Positions 9,110 through 18,363 of a stretch of 64,000 nucleotides of DNA are shown here, one piece after another. Source of the DNA: an uncultured Deinococcales bacterium (lineage in GTDB: Bacteria; Deinococcota; Deinococci; Deinococcales; JAAFIG01); contig CAXTTL010000002.1 of NCBI GenBank assembly GCA_964247135.1, positions 1 to 64,000 on the forward strand, in the 5' to 3' direction. The translations under genes and the position numbers were made by a program. Each line of letters opens with the position of its first letter. The first letter of the stretch is position 1. The notes below the pieces were generated by a model. It had not been told where the DNA came from and ran no database searches. It was given only the letters and a program-made list of their open reading frames with translations.

Positions 9110-11041
9110 ATGGGCAACGTAACTTTTCGTGAACGGTTCCGATACTGGTTTGATAACACCATGGCTAAAGGACCAATCGCCATGATGGCGTGGCTGTTCT
9201 TGATTTCTCTGATCATTATCGTGCTGATCGCGTTCTTGGTTTCAATCTCTGGGGTTTCAGCCGTTCCTGTGGGCGACGATAAACGTGACGCCTACAGCTT
9301 TGGCGAATTGGTCTGGATGGGTTTGATGCGCACCCTCGACTCTGGCACGATGGGCGGCGACACCGGCATCTGGGCGTTCAGGGCGGCAATGTTGGCGGTC
9401 ACGCTGGCGGGTATCTTTGTCGTCTCGAGCTTGATCGGCATCATCTCGAGCGGCTTGGAAACCAAAATGGATGAGCTGCGCAAAGGGCGTTCCAAAGTGC
9501 TCGAGCAGGATCACACCCTGATTTTGGGTTGGTCGGATCAGGTCTTTGCCATCGTTTCCGAGTTGGTGATTGCCAACGAAAACCGCAAAAACCCGGTGAT
9601 TGTGGTGCTCGCCGACCACGACAAGGTCGAAATGGAGGACGAGATTCGTTCTCGGGTGCCAAAATTGGGTCGCACGCGGGTGGTCTGCCGGTCGGGCAGT
9701 CCGATTGACCTGAGCGATCTCGAGGTGGTCAGCCCGCAAACCTCGCGTTCGATTGTGGTGCTGTCCCCAGAAGGTGACGATCCCGATTCGCACGTGATCA
9801 AAACCGTTCTGGCGCTGACCAACAACCCCAAGCGCCGTGCCGAGAACGATGCCAGGGGGGCGTATCACATTGTGGCGGTGATTCAAAATCCTGGCAATTT
9901 GGAAGCCGCGCACCTTGTCGGGCGCGACGAGGCGCATTTTGTGCTGGGCGAGGATTTGATCTCGAGGATCACAGCGCAAACCTGTCGCCAAAGCGGTCTG
10001 AGCGTGGTTTACACCGAGTTGCTCGATTTTGACGGCGACGAAATTTATTTTCAAGCCGAATCGAGCTTGACCGGCAAAACCTACGGGCAAGCGCTGTCGG
10101 TGTTTGAAGACTCGAGCCTGATGGGTCTGTACAAAAACGGGACTGAGGTTTTGATTAACCCTGCCAGTGACACCAAAATCGAATCTGGCGATCAACTGAT
10201 TTGCATCAGCCGCGACGATGACACGATCAAACCCTCAAAAATCACGCCGAGTATCGACCTGTCATTGATTGTCGCCGCCAAAGAAAAATTTGCCGCCGCC
10301 AGCGAAAAAACCATCATTCTGGGTTGGAATCCTCAGGGTGTGACCATCATCAACGAACTCGAGCAGTACGTTGCTCCAGGCTCAAGCGTGATGATCGTGG
10401 CGAACGATGAAAGCATTCCAGAAACCTTGAAACGCGAGTGTGCTGGCGTGACCAAGCAAAAACTCGAGTTTCAAATGGGTGACACCACAGACCGCCGCAC
10501 GCTCGAGAGCCTTGACGCGACCAATGTTGACCATGTGATCGTGCTGGCGTACCGTGAGCACCTCGAGGTTCAACAAGCCGATGCCAAAACCCTGATTACC
10601 TTGCTGCATTTGCGCGAAATTGCCGAAAAGGCTGGCAAAGACATGAGCATCGTCTCCGAGATGCTCGACAACCGCAACCGCGAACTGGCGGAAGTCACCA
10701 AAGCCGACGATTATATTGTCAGCGACAAACTGATTAGCTTGATGCTCTCACAAATTTCTGAGAACAAACACTTGGCAGAAGTGTTCAGGTATTTGTTCTC
10801 GAGCGACGGCAGCGAAATTTACTTGCGTCCAGCCAGCGCTTACGTCAAAACGGGCGCGGACATGAACTTTTACACCGTGCTCGAGGCGGCACGCTTACGC
10901 GGCGAGACTGCGATTGGTTACCGCATCGAATCTCAAGCCCACGACGCCGATAAAGCTTACGGCGTGCGCGTCAACCCGAAAAAATCGGACATGATCCGGT
11001 TCTCGAGCGATGACAAGATCATTGTGCTGGCGGAAGATTAA
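9110..11041 (+). CDS. CASTOR/POLLUX (DMI1)-like ion channel with RCK domains
   Basis: RYWFDNTM, TM helices, pore segment TLDSGTMGGD, LRKGRSKVLEQDHTLILGW, ELLDFDGDEIY, tandem RCK-type domains and GVRVNP C-terminus. Confidence 0.85.
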   Translation: MGNVTFRERFRYWFDNTMAKGPIAMMAWLFLISLIIIVLIAFLVSISGVSAVPVGDDKRDAYSFGELVWMGLMRTLDSGTMGGDTGIWAFRAAMLAVTLAGIFVVSSLIGIISSGLETKMDELRKGRSKVLEQDHTLILGWSDQVFAIVSELVIANENRKNPVIVVLADHDKVEMEDEIRSRVPKLGRTRVVCRSGSPIDLSDLEVVSPQTSRSIVVLSPEGDDPDSHVIKTVLALTNNPKRRAENDARGAYHIVAVIQNPGNLEAAHLVGRDEAHFVLGEDLISRITAQTCRQSGLSVVYTELLDFDGDEIYFQAESSLTGKTYGQALSVFEDSSLMGLYKNGTEVLINPASDTKIESGDQLICISRDDDTIKPSKITPSIDLSLIVAAKEKFAAASEKTIILGWNPQGVTIINELEQYVAPGSSVMIVANDESIPETLKRECAGVTKQKLEFQMGDTTDRRTLESLDATNVDHVIVLAYREHLEVQQADAKTLITLLHLREIAEKAGKDMSIVSEMLDNRNRELAEVTKADDYIVSDKLISLMLSQISENKHLAEVFRYLFSSDGSEIYLRPASAYVKTGADMNFYTVLEAARLRGETAIGYRIESQAHDADKAYGVRVNPKKSDMIRFSSDDKIIVLAED

Positions 11042-11085
11042 GCGATTGGCTATTGGCTCAAACCCTCGAAATCAAATCAAAATCC

Positions 11086-11139
11086 GTAGTGCGCCCCGCG
11101 CACCGTGTTTCAAGCGTTGGTGCGCACGGCGCACCCTAC
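11086..11139. repeat. Inverted pair of GTAG-type REP elements (REPIN-like)
   Basis: GTAGTGCGCCCCGCGCACC on + and GTAGGGTGCGCCGTGCGCACC on -, facing each other in an intergenic gap. Confidence 0.7.
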
Positions 11140-11154
11140 CGTTAGGATATTGAC

Positions 11155-11976
11155 ATGAACCAACTTGAAACTCGAGCTTGCCTGTTCGCACACCCTGCCA
11201 AGCACAGCCTGTCACCGGCGATGCACAATACGGCACTCGGGTTTTTGGGGATTGCGGCGCGGTATGAGGCTCGAGATGTGCCGCCTGAATTGCTGGCGGC
11301 AGAATTCGCTGTCTTGCGAAGATCAAACTTGTGGGGTGTGAACCTCAGCATTCCGCATAAACAAGCGGCGCTCGGGTTGGTGGACAGCCTGAGCCTTGAG
11401 GCTAGCACGATTGGTGCGATCAATACCGTGGTGCATCAAAATGGTTCATTGCACGGTATAAACACCGACGCGCCAGGTTTTATGGCGGCGTTGCTCGAGG
11501 GGGGCTGTAACCCCTCTGGGCTTCAGGTTACGGTTCTTGGGGCAGGCGGCGCGGCTCGAGGGGTTTGCTGGGCATTGCGAGAGGCTGGTGCGAACGTCAA
11601 CCTTTGGAATCGCAGTCCGGCTCGAGCCAAACAACTGTGCGACGAGTTCGGACTGAATTTTGTCTCAGACAGTGCCCTCGAGCAACACGTTAGATACTCG
11701 AGTTTGCTGGTGAACACCACCAGCGTTGGGCTTGACAACCCGCTCGAGTCGCCACTTCCTGATGGCGTGCTGCCCAACTCGGGTTGGGTTTGCGACATCG
11801 TTTACCGACCACTGGAAACCAAACTGTTAAAAGACGCTCGAGCGAGGGGTTTGACGGGCATTGACGGGCTGGGGATGCTGGTGCATCAAGGCGCGTTGGC
11901 ATTAAAAGCCTGGACTGGTCGTGATGCGCCCGTGGATGTGATGCGCAAAGCGGCTTTGACACAACTCAAAACCTAA
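11155..11976 (+). CDS. aroE: Shikimate dehydrogenase
   Basis: HSLSPAMHN, GVNLSIPHK, IGAINT, NTDAPG, LGAGGAARG and DGLGMLVHQG. Confidence 0.93.
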   Translation: MNQLETRACLFAHPAKHSLSPAMHNTALGFLGIAARYEARDVPPELLAAEFAVLRRSNLWGVNLSIPHKQAALGLVDSLSLEASTIGAINTVVHQNGSLHGINTDAPGFMAALLEGGCNPSGLQVTVLGAGGAARGVCWALREAGANVNLWNRSPARAKQLCDEFGLNFVSDSALEQHVRYSSLLVNTTSVGLDNPLESPLPDGVLPNSGWVCDIVYRPLETKLLKDARARGLTGIDGLGMLVHQGALALKAWTGRDAPVDVMRKAALTQLKT

Positions 11977-12016
11977 TTTGGACTTCAAAAAACGTGTCAG
12001 CCTATAAAATAGAACC

Positions 12017-14023
12017 ATGCCTCGCCTCTCGCTCGGTACAGCCCAACTCGAGCAAGCTGGGCGGTTTCTTACACTTGAGCGCAAAACGGCGGCGGTGTTG
12101 GCGTTGTGCGCGATTGAAGGTGCGCAATCTCGAGCCAAACTGGCGCAGTGGTTTTGGGGTGACGCTTTTGCTGGGCGCAACAATTTGCGTCAGGCATTGT
12201 TTAAACTCAAAAACTTTGATCTGTTCGCGCAGTCAGAACCGTTAACACTTCATTCAAACCTCGAGATCAAGTTCGATGGGCTGCTGATTGGTTTGGAGTA
12301 CGCCGATTGTCCAGAGTTTGAGGAATGGTTGCTGTTGCAACGCGCCATCTTGGAAAGCAAGCAACTCGGGCAGCTCGAGCTTGAAATCCTGAAATTACAA
12401 GAATCGGGTGACCACCAAAACGCCCTGAAACACGCCAAAGAATGGTTGCAACTCGAGCCGTTCTCCGAAGAGGCATTGCGCCATGTCATGCGCTTAATGG
12501 TGGCGCAAAATGAATTGGCGGCGGCTCGGGTAACGTTTCAAATTTTTAGCAAACGCCTCTGGAAAGAATGGGGTTTTACGCCGAGCACCGCCACCCAGCA
12601 ACTCGCCTCAGAACTCGAGCAACAAGCGCTGCAAGATGCGGCGAGCGCTTTAATGAAATTTGCTCAACACGCCGAAGATCAATTGCAATTTGAGGCTGCC
12701 GCCACGCACTGGCAGGCAGCAGCCGAAAAACTCGAGGGCATCAACCGCGCTCAGGCATTTCAAACATGGCAAAAGGCGCACGGTTTAAGGCTCGAGTTTC
12801 CAGACGCCCACCTCGAGTTTGTCACCAGTCAAATTGAACGCCTTGCGCAAGCCCCGAACGATTTGGCGATGGCGGCGTTGGCGAGGGCGCAAACCGCGTT
12901 TGCCCTCAACGATTTTGTGCTGGCGGCAAGGGCGGCTCGAATGGGGTTAAAACAAACCTCGGATCATCACTTGCAGGCACAACTCGAGAACGAACTGGCG
13001 AGCGCCTTGTTGCGGCTCGATCAAGTGCCAGAGGCGCTCGAAGCCCATGCTCGAGCATTGAATTTGTTGCAAGATTCGAGCGACCTGGAATTAAAAGCCA
13101 GCACGCTCGCCGAACTGGCGCTCGCCAAAGCCAACGCCGACCAGCACCAGGCAGCCCAACACGATTTTTTCGAGGCTGACAGGTTGTACACTGTCCTCGA
13201 GCGTCCACGCGAACGCATGACGATTCTGGGCAACCTCGCCATGAGCCAACGTATGCAGGGCAACAGTGAAGCCGCACTTGAGACACTGATGCTTGCCCAA
13301 ACCATCCTCAGTGGGGCGAGTGGCGTGCTCGACGAGGCACGTTATTTGCTCGCCAATCGAGGCGAAATTTTTTGCTGGCGTGAGGAGTACATCGCTGCGC
13401 TAGCCGATTTGTTGCACGCCAAAACCTTGAGCGAGCAACAAAACTTGCCGATGAGTTTTGTCTGGTTCAGGCTGGCGCACGTCTACCAACGCCTTGGTGC
13501 GACAGACCTGGCACTCGAGGCAATTGAACATGCCGAACAGAGTCCTGGGGTGCTGAACCGTGGGCAGGCGATGGCGGCGATCATTCGCGCTCGGGTCAAA
13601 CGCGAAATTGGTCTTGACGCTCGAGCCGATTTGCAACGCGCCGAACAATTGTTGGCTGGACGAAATACATACAGTCACGGTTTGCGCCTGACCCTAGAGA
13701 AACTGGCACTCCAACCCGATTTGAGTGTCGCCCAAAAAACCTTGGCAGAGATTCAAAGCCTCGAGCTTCACGCCCTCGAACCTGTGGCGCACCTGCGAAT
13801 TGCTCAAGTCTCTCGAGATGTTGACACTGCCGTTCACGCCTGGAAGTTGCTCGAGCGCATCACGCCCATCGACATCACCCGCAATGAGATTGCCGTGACC
13901 TGCCTCGATCTTGGAATTGACCTGGGATACCAGCAACCGTTATCGGACATCCCGCTCGAATTTCGAGATGCCTTCCAAAAACTTCCTACCCAACAGCGTT
14001 TGCGCCCACTAACGCTGCAATAA
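12017..14023 (+). CDS. SARP-like transcriptional activator (winged helix + BTAD + TPR)
   Basis: RKTAAVLALCA..QSRAKLAQWFW...RNNLRQALFKL, FEEWLLLQR, LEPFSEEALRHVMRL, GFTPSTAT, then TPR-like helices. Confidence 0.85.
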   Translation: MPRLSLGTAQLEQAGRFLTLERKTAAVLALCAIEGAQSRAKLAQWFWGDAFAGRNNLRQALFKLKNFDLFAQSEPLTLHSNLEIKFDGLLIGLEYADCPEFEEWLLLQRAILESKQLGQLELEILKLQESGDHQNALKHAKEWLQLEPFSEEALRHVMRLMVAQNELAAARVTFQIFSKRLWKEWGFTPSTATQQLASELEQQALQDAASALMKFAQHAEDQLQFEAAATHWQAAAEKLEGINRAQAFQTWQKAHGLRLEFPDAHLEFVTSQIERLAQAPNDLAMAALARAQTAFALNDFVLAARAARMGLKQTSDHHLQAQLENELASALLRLDQVPEALEAHARALNLLQDSSDLELKASTLAELALAKANADQHQAAQHDFFEADRLYTVLERPRERMTILGNLAMSQRMQGNSEAALETLMLAQTILSGASGVLDEARYLLANRGEIFCWREEYIAALADLLHAKTLSEQQNLPMSFVWFRLAHVYQRLGATDLALEAIEHAEQSPGVLNRGQAMAAIIRARVKREIGLDARADLQRAEQLLAGRNTYSHGLRLTLEKLALQPDLSVAQKTLAEIQSLELHALEPVAHLRIAQVSRDVDTAVHAWKLLERITPIDITRNEIAVTCLDLGIDLGYQQPLSDIPLEFRDAFQKLPTQQRLRPLTLQ

Positions 14024-14040
14024 CGCCCAGTCTTTAAACT
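14010..14040 (+). promoter_or_regulatory. Putative SARP/BTAD operator plus -10 element (leaderless promoter)
   Basis: TAACGC-TGCAA-TAACGC (11-bp period), 8 nt, TAAACT, 7 nt, ATG 14048. Confidence 0.65.
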
Positions 14041-14047
14041 CCTATTC

Positions 14048-14245
14048 ATGAGTGAACGCCAAACGGTGCTGCTGAGAGCCACTAAGCTCGGCTCGAGGTG
14101 GTTGCTCGAAGCCCACCATTTGCAAACCCACGTCGAGCACCGTTTTAAAAGTGTGGCGGCGCTCGAGACTTGGTTGCGGCAAACCCTGCCTGAAGAAGAT
14201 GAAAAACCCGTCTCGGACGTAACATCTCGAGCCAATGAAGGTTAA
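14048..14245 (+). CDS. Small hypothetical protein (65 aa) following the BTAD regulator
   Basis: Leaderless start geometry; LLR...W...HRFKSVAALETWL pattern recalls small proteins seen next to BTAD regulators. Confidence 0.65.
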   Translation: MSERQTVLLRATKLGSRWLLEAHHLQTHVEHRFKSVAALETWLRQTLPEEDEKPVSDVTSRANEG

Positions 14246-14267
14246 GATCAAGACACAAGGAGCAATC

Positions 14268-15554
14268 ATGAAAAAATCTGTGATCCTGTTGGGGCTGACT
14301 GTGGCGGCGGTCGCATTGGCGCAAACGCAATACAAAGTCGTGTTCGGCGGCAAAACCACCGGCATTGCGGGCGTGGTTGCCGCAGGAAAACTTTCGCTCT
14401 CGAGCAAACCCTATGCGGGTGCGCTCGGCTCGAGTGTCAGCATCGACTTTAAAGCCAAGAGCGCCAGTTTTACCCGCAACGGTAAAACCGCCAAAGTGGC
14501 TGTCAGCATTCAAAAAGACATTGCTTATGCGCCTGCGGTGGAGGTCGCCAAAGGTTTGGGTTTGAACGCCAGCGTCTCGAGCAACACGGTTACAGTCACA
14601 AATCCGACACCCGCCGCCCCGAGCAACGCGCCGAGTGTTCAAGGCACAAGCCAGCAAAACGGTGGTGACGGCTTGATCGGACAAACCTACACGCTTTGCA
14701 AAGGCGACAACGCCATCAATTACCAGATCACCAAGCTCGAGTACAGCGTTGGTGATTATTTGTACGATGGCGGTAACAAAAACGATGTTTTAAGTCCAGA
14801 TCAAAAAGCGTTGGTGATTTATTTCACGGTGCAAAACCCACTGAAAAGCGAAAGTTATGTCAACGGCGGCAGGATTCGGTTCTCTGGTGTGGATTCCAAA
14901 AATCAGAATGTCGCTGGCGATGGCTACTGGTACGAGCAAGGTACATTGCGTCAGGTGGACACCAGTTTGCGTCCAGCGCAAAAAATCAATGCCTTTACCC
15001 GCATTATTTTGGGCAACGACGTCAGCCTGCCAAAAATGATCGTGGACGATTGCAACAACGCGATCTGGCGTTACGATTTGCGCGACAAGGTCGCGCCGCT
15101 TCCCGCCCCGTTCGCCGATCCCAGCGTGCCCGACGGCTCGAGCGCCCTGAAAATCTTTCCCGCACAATTTGGCACGTACTACCCAGGGCGCACGAATTTT
15201 AGGATTGACAAGCTCGAGTACAGCACCGCGCCCTGGTTTGACGGCAGCAATCCGCCCGAGGGTGGAAAATGGTTGATCGTGTACTTCACGGTGCAAAACC
15301 CGACCAAACAAACGCAAAGCCTGGGTCAGAGCGCCCTGTCATTTTTGGACCAAGACAACATTGAAAGCTCACAGTCGGGCTGGGTCTACCGCGCCTCGAG
15401 GGACACGGGCATTGGGGATATTCAACTGCCTGCCAACCAAGAAATTCAATTGCGGGCATTGGCAGAAGTACCGGCGGGCGTGGAGGTCAAAAAGATTAGA
15501 CTGACCTGGGATTATACCAGGACTGCTGAGCTTGACACCCTAGCCCTCAAATAA
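14268..15554 (+). CDS. Secreted protein with stalk-like N-domain and two duplicated Ig-like domains
   Basis: AAGGAG SD, signal peptide MKKSVILL...AVALAQ, and internal repeat KLEYS...YFTVQNP twice. Confidence 0.8.
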   Translation: MKKSVILLGLTVAAVALAQTQYKVVFGGKTTGIAGVVAAGKLSLSSKPYAGALGSSVSIDFKAKSASFTRNGKTAKVAVSIQKDIAYAPAVEVAKGLGLNASVSSNTVTVTNPTPAAPSNAPSVQGTSQQNGGDGLIGQTYTLCKGDNAINYQITKLEYSVGDYLYDGGNKNDVLSPDQKALVIYFTVQNPLKSESYVNGGRIRFSGVDSKNQNVAGDGYWYEQGTLRQVDTSLRPAQKINAFTRIILGNDVSLPKMIVDDCNNAIWRYDLRDKVAPLPAPFADPSVPDGSSALKIFPAQFGTYYPGRTNFRIDKLEYSTAPWFDGSNPPEGGKWLIVYFTVQNPTKQTQSLGQSALSFLDQDNIESSQSGWVYRASRDTGIGDIQLPANQEIQLRALAEVPAGVEVKKIRLTWDYTRTAELDTLALK

Positions 15555-15586
15555 TTTAAGCTTGAATAAGCCACCCGAGGAGACGC

Positions 15587-18067
15587 ATGAAACACAAAGT
15601 CCTGGCAATATTTACCGTCCTGACCCTCGCCATCGCCGCGCTCGGTGTGGCACTGGCGGGAACACTGACGCTGGTCATCAACGGCACAAGCATCAGCATT
15701 GATGGTTTCGTTGAGCAGAACACGGCTTGGGTTTCGTTGCTGCCCTTTATGCAGGCACTCGGTGAGGGAACGCGTCCGGTCAAAATCGACCTGCCCTCGA
15801 GCACGATGGTCCTGACCAAAGGCGACGGTTCAAAACAAGTTTCTGTGCCGATTCAAACCAAGAACCGCAGCGTTTACGTCGATGCCGTCGCCGCTGCTCG
15901 AGGTTTGGGTTACAGCGTCAGTTTGGATGCCAGCACCTTAACCATCAACTCGAGCACCGCCAGTACACCCAGCAATACGCCAACCGCGCAGGTGGCAATG
16001 TATCCCAAAAACATGGACGCCGCGCTGATCGACGATGCGGTCAGGTCGCTCTACAACGCGCTCGATTCTGGCAATGCCGATGCCGCGCTCGAGGCGGTGC
16101 TGAACGGTTCGGGGATCACGGTTTTTGGTTCGCAAGAGCACCCTGCCGACACGGATTTGCTGAATGTCTACGAATTGATGCACCGTTCGTTTGCCTTGTC
16201 GCTCGAGATTTTTACCTTGCAGATGGGTTACAAGTACCGTTTTTTCACCAAGCTCGATGACCTTCTGGCAGGACTCAAAGAACGCAAGATTGCCACTTTG
16301 GATCGGGCGCGGTTGCAAAGCGGAATTGACAATGCCTTCGCGCTCGAGAAACCCAGCCGTTCGCAAGTTATAACCGCGCTGGTTGCCGCGATGGGACGCG
16401 AACGGGTGCGGCGCGGCATCAGTTTGTCGTTCAAACGCGACCCGTTCTGGGGCGATGATGCGCTCGACCCGATTCAATTGCGTTTGCTCGACACGGTGTT
16501 GACCAATGGTTTTGCGCTCGGCGCACCAGGCATAAACACGCTGCTGGCAACTCGAGCCTTCACCAACCAAGTTCGGTCAACACGCCCTAAAAATGCCGCC
16601 TTGGAATCCAGGCGAAGCTCGAGCCAATTGATTTCCAAAGCCGATATTTCAGTTCCCGAACCAATTCAAAAACTCTTCAACTGGGCAGCCGAAAAAGCCG
16701 TGGACACGATTGCCACCGAAACCTACCCTGGCGTCAAAGACACGATGGATCACGAAATTGCCGACCTGGCGGGTGTGCCACTGCCGACCCCGTTTGACAA
16801 GAACATGTACAAAGCGCTGCTCGAGGGCGACATCGGTAAAGTCAAAACCAGTTTCGGCAACCTTCGCGCCGGACTGATTAAAGAGGCGCTCAAAGAAGGC
16901 GCACAAGTGATTCTCTGCGGGTCAATGATTTTGTACGGTTATCAAGCCAGCCTCGAGTTTGAGCACAGTGAAGTTCACCACCGCACGGACGGCGACGCTG
17001 AAGGTCCGTACTCGAGCAAGATCAAACTGAAGGTCGAATTTACGGATGACTATCACAAGAATGTGTTTGACAAAAAAGTTTTTACCGTGGCGGGCATTTC
17101 GGTCACGCCGCCACCCGTCGAGAACGGCGCGTTGTTCACCAAACTCGGCTGTGACTTTCCCAAGGTTGGCGCGGCAAAAGACAAACCCGTGCAGTGGGAA
17201 TTGACCTCGGAACTTATTCCGCACACCGAAACAGGGCAATTGATCGTCTTTCCAAACAGCCTCAAAACCAATGCTGCCGGCGAATCCGAAGCGCGGTTTG
17301 AAGCCATCAAAGAAAACGTCCCCAAAGCCTTTCGTCTGGGCAAATACACCGCATCCGTGAACGGCGGCATCACGGTCACGATTCAGAATTTGCTGCCCAC
17401 CAACTGGTGGCGCATTCAGGCGGCGGCACAAGTTGGGCAAACCGAAGACAAAGCTGGCACCAATTTTAAACGCCTGATCGTGCATTATTTTGAATTCCCA
17501 AAACTCAAACTCGAGTTTGACTCGAACTTGCACATTGTCGGACAAAGCGAATACGGCTTGATGCACTACAATGCCGAACTCGTCTCGAGCGTGCCGCTGG
17601 CGGTCAAACCCGAAGGTGATGATTTGCAAAAGAAATTTATTGTCTACCAAGGTTCAAACAGCCTGCATTATGAGCAGTACCACCTTGATACCGCCACAGG
17701 TTGTCGCATCAACAATGTGCAAAGTGGAATGCTGGACGTGCTGGTTGGAGCGCGAAGCTTTGAATCCGATGAAGTGAGCGTCGGTCTAAACGACCTGCTC
17801 AAACGACCATCCGAAACCGTGGCTTGCCCAGAAGGTGCTCGAGGTGGGAATATTTGGAGCGGCGGATTTTTAACGCTTCACAACGATGTTTTGGGGAAAT
17901 TTCAATTGCCGAATGTGGACTCGCCCGTGCCAAATTATATTTTTCGCAGTCCCAAAGAAGCCGTTGCCACGCAAGTGCTCTGGCAAAAAACGGTGCAACG
18001 CGATTACACCCAACCCAACATTGCCATCAACGAAAACACCAGCATTAAATTGCAAGTTCAACCTTAA
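15587..18067 (+). CDS. Large secreted hypothetical protein with stalk-like N-domain
   Basis: GAGGAG SD, signal peptide ending VALA, and N-domain (VDAVAAARGLGYSV) similar to the upstream gene's; 826-aa ORF. Confidence 0.8.
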   Translation: MKHKVLAIFTVLTLAIAALGVALAGTLTLVINGTSISIDGFVEQNTAWVSLLPFMQALGEGTRPVKIDLPSSTMVLTKGDGSKQVSVPIQTKNRSVYVDAVAAARGLGYSVSLDASTLTINSSTASTPSNTPTAQVAMYPKNMDAALIDDAVRSLYNALDSGNADAALEAVLNGSGITVFGSQEHPADTDLLNVYELMHRSFALSLEIFTLQMGYKYRFFTKLDDLLAGLKERKIATLDRARLQSGIDNAFALEKPSRSQVITALVAAMGRERVRRGISLSFKRDPFWGDDALDPIQLRLLDTVLTNGFALGAPGINTLLATRAFTNQVRSTRPKNAALESRRSSSQLISKADISVPEPIQKLFNWAAEKAVDTIATETYPGVKDTMDHEIADLAGVPLPTPFDKNMYKALLEGDIGKVKTSFGNLRAGLIKEALKEGAQVILCGSMILYGYQASLEFEHSEVHHRTDGDAEGPYSSKIKLKVEFTDDYHKNVFDKKVFTVAGISVTPPPVENGALFTKLGCDFPKVGAAKDKPVQWELTSELIPHTETGQLIVFPNSLKTNAAGESEARFEAIKENVPKAFRLGKYTASVNGGITVTIQNLLPTNWWRIQAAAQVGQTEDKAGTNFKRLIVHYFEFPKLKLEFDSNLHIVGQSEYGLMHYNAELVSSVPLAVKPEGDDLQKKFIVYQGSNSLHYEQYHLDTATGCRINNVQSGMLDVLVGARSFESDEVSVGLNDLLKRPSETVACPEGARGGNIWSGGFLTLHNDVLGKFQLPNVDSPVPNYIFRSPKEAVATQVLWQKTVQRDYTQPNIAINENTSIKLQVQP

Positions 18068-18073
18068 AAACTT

Positions 18074-18116
18074 ACTCGAGCGTTCAGCTTGATTTGTGCG
18101 CTCGAGTTGGGTTTTC
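18074..18116 (+). terminator. Probable terminator hairpin
   Basis: ACTCGAGCG...CGCTCGAGT stem right after the stop codon. Confidence 0.45.
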
Positions 18117-18226
18117 AAATTCAGTTCAGGGGTTTCAAACTCGAGGTTGCTCGAGACGGGTTTTTACTGCCCAAATTTGCTTGCCCACTCGAGTCCCTGA
18201 CATTTTATCTTCTGGCGATTGGCGAC

Positions 18227-18257
18227 TAACGCTCCAATAACGCCTGCTGTGGATACT
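18227..18257 (+). promoter_or_regulatory. Second putative SARP/BTAD operator plus -10 element
   Basis: TAACGC-TCCAA-TAACGC, 8 nt, then GATACT with extended TG; 17 of 18 nt identical to the site at 14010. Confidence 0.65.
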
Positions 18258-18363
18258 GGTTTTAAGACAGACTGCATTTTGCAAACCCATCGCTGATTGG
18301 TCAATCTTCATCTGCCCTGTTCACCCACCCGAGAGACACTCGGGATGGACTTGGAGGTCTTGT

